Source: an uncultured Methanosarcinales archaeon
Lineage (GTDB): Archaea; Nanobdellota; Nanobdellia; Woesearchaeales; JACJVV01
Length of the DNA: 64,000 nucleotides
NCBI GenBank assembly: GCA_964581515.1
Contig: CAZOOV010000007.1
Location: 12,698 to 76,697, forward strand
Direction of reading: 5' to 3'
The notes below the pieces were generated by a model, which saw only the letters and a program-made list of their open reading frames with translations, searched no databases and was not told the DNA's origin. Positions within the stretch are counted from its first letter, which is position 1; each line of letters opens with the position of its first letter. Below are positions 59,306 to 64,000 of this stretch, one piece after another. The position numbers were made by a program, and so were the translations under genes.

Positions 59306-60619
59306 ATGCCTCCTAAGAAAATGCTTTATGATAAAAGATTACAAAAGATTGAAAACTTAGTTTCTTCAGGCATTATTCAAAGAGACTCCTGGCATGACTC
59401 TTTAGTATGGGCTGTTAACGAGGGAAGGCTTTCTTTTGCGCAAATCACTGAAATAGAACAACTGGGAAGAGAAGCGCGTTCTATGCTACTTAATCTAAGT
59501 TATGATGATAGGGCTAAAGCTGTTTCTGATGTAAAAAGCAGATGGCAAAGCCTCTTAGATAGAGATAGCATCAAATTCAGATCAGATTTTGAAAAGAAGT
59601 TTTATTCTGCTTTGTATAATGGGGTTTCACGCACTGTAAGCGAGCCTTCTTTTGCGACAAATGTACTTCCTTTTGCTGTTAGCGGACTTGGAGAAAAAGT
59701 AAAATCACATGGTGATGACATTTTAGACGCACTATATCTTGCAGGTTTTCCAGAGCAAGTATTAGAATCAAATGCAGGAGTCACATCAATACTTACCTCG
59801 GCAAAAACGAATGATGTTGTATCAAGGCATCCTACATTCACTGCAAAAGACAAGCAAGGTAGAGAGTGGCATATCAAAGTCAGTGATGATGAGAAGGGAA
59901 GCGAAAGAGAAGCTTCAGCAGGCTATTATCTTGCTCCAGAGATGGGATTTCTTATCCCTAGTAAATTTCCTATTGCTATTGATACTAATGGTATGTATAT
60001 GACATTTCATAAAAAAGTAGTGGACGATAATGTAAAAGGGATTGATTACTGGATAAAATCATTAGCAGCACTCCATGCAAATGCACAGTGGGTTTTGAAA
60101 AAGAATAATGTAGAAATTGAAGGTTATAAATTAAGAGAAGAAAGCAGTATTGCTGATATGGTTGACTCAATCAAGGGAATTTGTGGGATTAATGTAGCTG
60201 TAAATTATGATGCTATATTAATGGATGATGCTATCAGATATTTGAATGAAATAGGACCAAAGTGCTTTATACATGGTGATTTAAAGGGAGATAATCTTCT
60301 TGGAAAATACATGGTTGACCTTGAAGGAAGTGGCATAGGCCATCCTGCTCTTGATCTTGCTATGGTGCTCATGGGACATAAAGTGCCTGTTGAAGAATGG
60401 GATATGAAACTTGTAGACTATCTTAGCATCAAGGGGACTGAGAATTCTTTTGATAATGAATTTAGACATCTTAAAGAAGGAGTACAATACGCTGCAATTT
60501 ATACTGCAACAAAAGAAATACTAGGGAGTTCTATGAGAGAACTTAGGGCAGATACAATACTTAATAATCAACTTCTTGCAACTTATCTAGTCGCTAATGC
60601 TAAGCAATCTAGACGATAG
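59306..60619 (+). CDS. Aminoglycoside-phosphotransferase/choline-kinase-like (protein-kinase-fold) phosphotransferase
   Basis: CFIHGDLKGDNLL (Brenner HGDxxxxN) and MVDLEGSGIGHPALDLA (D-x-E/D). Confidence 0.6.
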   Translation: MPPKKMLYDKRLQKIENLVSSGIIQRDSWHDSLVWAVNEGRLSFAQITEIEQLGREARSMLLNLSYDDRAKAVSDVKSRWQSLLDRDSIKFRSDFEKKFYSALYNGVSRTVSEPSFATNVLPFAVSGLGEKVKSHGDDILDALYLAGFPEQVLESNAGVTSILTSAKTNDVVSRHPTFTAKDKQGREWHIKVSDDEKGSEREASAGYYLAPEMGFLIPSKFPIAIDTNGMYMTFHKKVVDDNVKGIDYWIKSLAALHANAQWVLKKNNVEIEGYKLREESSIADMVDSIKGICGINVAVNYDAILMDDAIRYLNEIGPKCFIHGDLKGDNLLGKYMVDLEGSGIGHPALDLAMVLMGHKVPVEEWDMKLVDYLSIKGTENSFDNEFRHLKEGVQYAAIYTATKEILGSSMRELRADTILNNQLLATYLVANAKQSRR

Positions 60620-61486
60620 ATGCCTATAGAGCCATAGAATCAGATTATAATGGACAACAAGTCCCGTGTCAGTTTTTCTCACCATATCTTTTAATCCATT
60701 TGGAGAAATCTTTTCGTCTTTTTCTTTGCCTATCTCAAGCCATAGACTTCTGCACACCTTAAACTCTTTTTTTAGATAACTTTTGTAGATTAGTTCAGTC
60801 ATATCAGTAAGTTTAGTCATAAACTTTGAATAAGAGGGTTTTTTAGATGAGATATACTGTGCAGTTGTAAGAAGTTCAGCAGAAATTTTCTCAAGTATAG
60901 TTACAAGATCATAATAATCATAAGATTTGTCTCCTCCATACCTTGTTGCATGGATTGATCTTAAACAATGATCGCGCATCTTACGCATGTTTATGTTGAC
61001 AAGAGCATCCATATCTGCAAGATTTGCCTTGTCCCAATTATCATCTATATCAGTTACAATCAAATTAATTGTCTGAAGCATTTTTATTATAAGATTCTCT
61101 ATCTCTTTTTGATCTGTTTGAAGAAATGATTTTATTCTTACTATATTTTCTGAATGATTCACAACTTCTAATCCTGTAAAAGTATTTACAATAGAATTCA
61201 TTGCACTTAAGGAAGGCATTGTTTCAAAATGAAGCATTATATCACTATAGCCTGCCTTGTATGCTGAAGAGATGATACTCCTGATATAATCAAGAGTTTC
61301 TACTTTCTTCAGTTTTATCTCTTTTGTCTTTTCAAATGCCTTTTGCGTGCCTGATATGACTAAATTATTATCTTTTAGAGTTATATCTATCTCATCTCCT
61401 GGCTTAATATGGTTCTCTTTGATCCATTTAGCAGGCAAAAATACTGTTGATCCTCCTACTCCTTGCTTGATTATCTTTCGTCTCAT
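60587..61486 (-). CDS. AbrB/SpoVT-domain plus PhoU-like regulator
   Basis: N-terminal swapped-hairpin motif IKQGVGGSTVFLPAKWIKENHIKPGDEIDI. Remaining ~230 aa helical. Confidence 0.5.
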   Translation of the reverse strand: MRRKIIKQGVGGSTVFLPAKWIKENHIKPGDEIDITLKDNNLVISGTQKAFEKTKEIKLKKVETLDYIRSIISSAYKAGYSDIMLHFETMPSLSAMNSIVNTFTGLEVVNHSENIVRIKSFLQTDQKEIENLIIKMLQTINLIVTDIDDNWDKANLADMDALVNINMRKMRDHCLRSIHATRYGGDKSYDYYDLVTILEKISAELLTTAQYISSKKPSYSKFMTKLTDMTELIYKSYLKKEFKVCRSLWLEIGKEKDEKISPNGLKDMVRKTDTGLVVHYNLILWLYRHLSSRLLSISD

Positions 61487-61608
61487 GATGTGTTCAAGTA
61501 GTGATTTCTTTTGTCATTTATATACTTTTTTATTTTAATATTATTAATATTAATAATATCAGTTTAATATTAAATTGACTTTGATTTTATCACTCCATAA
61601 TAATCAAT

Positions 61609-62193
61609 TTGGAGGACGATAAAATGAGTGAATCAATGATATATAAAGCTTTGAAAGGTGCTTTAGCAGAACTTGAAGCTGAAGATCTTGAAGTAAGAGT
61701 ACAAGAAGGTACATTAGCTTCAGATTTGCATACATTCTACAACAATGTAGGGCTTAGTGAAGGGTGGTTAAAGCCAGAATATGCAACACCATTATCTGAA
61801 CAAGACGCAGTTAATCAAGTAAAGAATATTGATGCTGCAAAAGATGTAATCAAATATTGGGTAGGTGCAATTGAGACAGGAGAACTTAGTGGAGACGCTG
61901 TTCTTGAAGCAATGAGCACTGCTGTTGCATATGAAGATAACAGAGGATATTCACATCTTGAAGCTGCTGCAGATTCACAGCATGAAGCTTGGAAATCTTT
62001 CGTTGGTGCAAATCAAGCAGAAAGAGTTACACCAGGACATGAAAAGTTCAGGCAAGACAACTATGACCAGTTCACTAAAGGCTATGGTGATTTGAGCCCT
62101 AAGGAAATGGATCAAGACAGATTAGTTGTTGCAGTTATCACTGACAGAGTCCTAGAAAAAGCAGAAATCAGCTATGTTCGACAGATCGAATAA
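61609..62193 (+). CDS. Hypothetical protein
   Basis: ORF only. Start possibly MSESMIYK at 61624. Confidence 0.45.
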   Translation: MEDDKMSESMIYKALKGALAELEAEDLEVRVQEGTLASDLHTFYNNVGLSEGWLKPEYATPLSEQDAVNQVKNIDAAKDVIKYWVGAIETGELSGDAVLEAMSTAVAYEDNRGYSHLEAAADSQHEAWKSFVGANQAERVTPGHEKFRQDNYDQFTKGYGDLSPKEMDQDRLVVAVITDRVLEKAEISYVRQIE

Positions 62194-62282
62194 GCTTTTT
62201 TTATTTTTTTCTTTTTAATATTATTCTAATTTCTTTAAATCTGGTTTTTATGTCCTATAAATTTAAATATCTATAATCATTC

Positions 62283-62795
62283 TTGTTTATTATGACAAAT
62301 ACATCAGATGTCAAAAAAGAAACAAAAGAAGAAAGGGTTGCTGGAGTAGGTGTATTAGTAGCAAACTCAGATAAGGTAATGTTCTATTTACAAAGAAAAG
62401 ATAATGAATATCCTATTCAGGAGTATAGAGGTAAGTTCTCTTTCTGGGGTGGAGGAGTAAGACCTGATGAGAGCGTACTTCAAGCGCAAAAAAGAGAATT
62501 ATGGGAAGAACTTCGACCTTACGCTGCTAAGACAATCAGCGATTGCATGGTCAAAGTGGGCGATTATGATATGCAACCAGAAGGTACATTCACATTATAT
62601 GAAGCAGTGCTTAGTGATGATAATTTTAGAATGATTTCACAGTTATCAGTGAATGAAGGTATAGGACTTGTTGTACCAAGACATGATATACTGAAAATGG
62701 AATTTGTCTATGGACTTGAAGAGGTCATGAGACAATATATTGAAGCTGAAGACAAGGCAATCAGGCAAAGAGAGCCTGGAATGAGCATATTGTGA
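62283..62795 (+). CDS. NUDIX-like hydrolase (degenerate Nudix box)
   Basis: WGGGVRPDESVLQAQKRELWEELR. Confidence 0.45.
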   Translation: MFIMTNTSDVKKETKEERVAGVGVLVANSDKVMFYLQRKDNEYPIQEYRGKFSFWGGGVRPDESVLQAQKRELWEELRPYAAKTISDCMVKVGDYDMQPEGTFTLYEAVLSDDNFRMISQLSVNEGIGLVVPRHDILKMEFVYGLEEVMRQYIEAEDKAIRQREPGMSIL

Positions 62796-62914
62796 GATAA
62801 TTCTAATATATTGGATTTTATGTGGATTCTAGGAAGATTATAGGTGGATTTTATATTCACATTGTTACTACTTATGCATAAATATTTATAAAGGCAGTTC
62901 TGATTTGGTTTAAT

Positions 62915-64000
62915 ATGGCAACTAAGAATAGTAGTAAGAAGACAACAAAGAAAACAACTAAAAAAAAGACAGCTAAGAAAAAGCCAACTACACCAAAAGT
63001 TGCTGATTCTCTTGATGATACAATAAGCATATGTGAATTTACTGCTGCTGAAGATGTTGCAGGTTCTAAATTACTCCTTAAAACAGGAGGATTATTTGAT
63101 CTTATTGATGTAGGTTATGATTATGAAAGCAGACATGATGATGATCCACTACCTATACCAAAAGAAGTATTATCTCAATTGGATAATATTGTATTTACAC
63201 ATGCACATGCAGACCACATAGGTGACATTCTAAAATTGTATAAAGAGTTAACACAAGAACAAAGAGGAGATGTCCAAATATATTCTACTTATCAAACTGC
63301 AGCAATCGCTAAACTACAGATAAATCAGTCTGCAACTTCACATATGATCCATAATAGGATGGTCAAAGGGAAAAAATACAAAGCAGGACCAAATAAAGGC
63401 AAATGGATCCCTTTCAAGAAAGGAAAATATACATATAAAGATTTTAAGGCTGTCATGAGAATGTTTGATACAGATGTTACGCCAAAAGTAGGCTTTCCTT
63501 ATGAACAAACAATACCTTTAAATGACAAGATAGATATAACATTCTATGAAGCAGGACATATACCTGGAAGTTCACAGATCCTTTTTGAGATAAAAAGAGA
63601 AGGCAAAGAACCGTTAGTACTGCTTACTTCTTATGACCTTGGAAGAACAGACTACAAGATACTTGGACATCCTATCTCAGATATACCTATTGTAAAATAT
63701 CCTGCAACAAAGATGAAAGCAAAACCGACTGTAATAGTCGTTGAAGCCACATATGGTGATAAAGTGCACGGAAGTCTTGAAGATTCTATTGCAATACTTG
63801 AGGACGCTGCAAAATGGGTGGCAAAAAGAGAAGGGAAATTAATCATACCAGCATTCAGTGTCATGAGAACACATATGCTTTGGAATTTCTTATATCGGCT
63901 TGACAAAGAAGATAGATTACCAAAAGACATGACTTTCTATTCAAGCAGTCCTACAGCAAACAAAGTAGGAAGAATAATAATGCGAAACATGCAAGATTTA
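62915..64000 (+). CDS. Metallo-beta-lactamase-fold hydrolase, beta-CASP-like, 3'-truncated by window end
   Basis: Hand-translated from ATG 62915: K/T-rich N-terminus then FTHAHADHIGD (HxHxDH). ORF open to window end. Confidence 0.55.
   Translation, partial: MATKNSSKKTTKKTTKKKTAKKKPTTPKVADSLDDTISICEFTAAEDVAGSKLLLKTGGLFDLIDVGYDYESRHDDDPLPIPKEVLSQLDNIVFTHAHADHIGDILKLYKELTQEQRGDVQIYSTYQTAAIAKLQINQSATSHMIHNRMVKGKKYKAGPNKGKWIPFKKGKYTYKDFKAVMRMFDTDVTPKVGFPYEQTIPLNDKIDITFYEAGHIPGSSQILFEIKREGKEPLVLLTSYDLGRTDYKILGHPISDIPIVKYPATKMKAKPTVIVVEATYGDKVHGSLEDSIAILEDAAKWVAKREGKLIIPAFSVMRTHMLWNFLYRLDKEDRLPKDMTFYSSSPTANKVGRIIMRNMQDL

Overview
The window reads as an AT-rich (~33% GC) archaeal chromosome segment, probably from a small-genome, fermentative DPANN-like lineage. 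Evidence for archaeal origin: ribosomal protein S3Ae, an archaeal class III (pilin-type) signal peptide, BRE/TATA promoters with leaderless starts, tandem Lrp/AsnC and PRC-barrel proteins. Housekeeping and metabolic content: gyrB; a complete group 3b [NiFe]-hydrogenase operon (hydBGDA) with hypA and hypC nearby and a maturation protease elsewhere; single-chain pyruvate:ferredoxin oxidoreductase translationally coupled to a ferritin-like di-iron protein; uppP; a GH15 glucoamylase-like enzyme; two NUDIX hydrolases; LOG; a HAD 5'-nucleotidase; and an APH-like kinase. Best candidate for an undescribed system: (1) a tightly coupled five-gene operon at 29.6-35.4 kb (two radical-SAM/SPASM enzymes, two P-loop kinases and a DUF362/ferredoxin protein) divergent from a tandem Lrp/AsnC regulator. 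Other stretches worth a second look: (2) two tandem hyper-cysteine-rich proteins with a pilin-type signal peptide; (3) three tandem paralogous helical proteins following a secreted Ig-repeat protein; (4) a 3.5-unit 48-bp tandem repeat whose hairpin arms carry compensatory substitutions, immediately upstream of a wHTH regulator and PFOR; (5) a ~70-bp intergenic element present twice in inverted orientation 11.4 kb apart; (6) two genes with an in-frame TAA followed by long same-frame coding continuation; (7) a HypC-domain fusion paralogue; (8) an orphan GspE/PilB-type ATPase. All calls rest on motif recognition by eye. No database searches were run.
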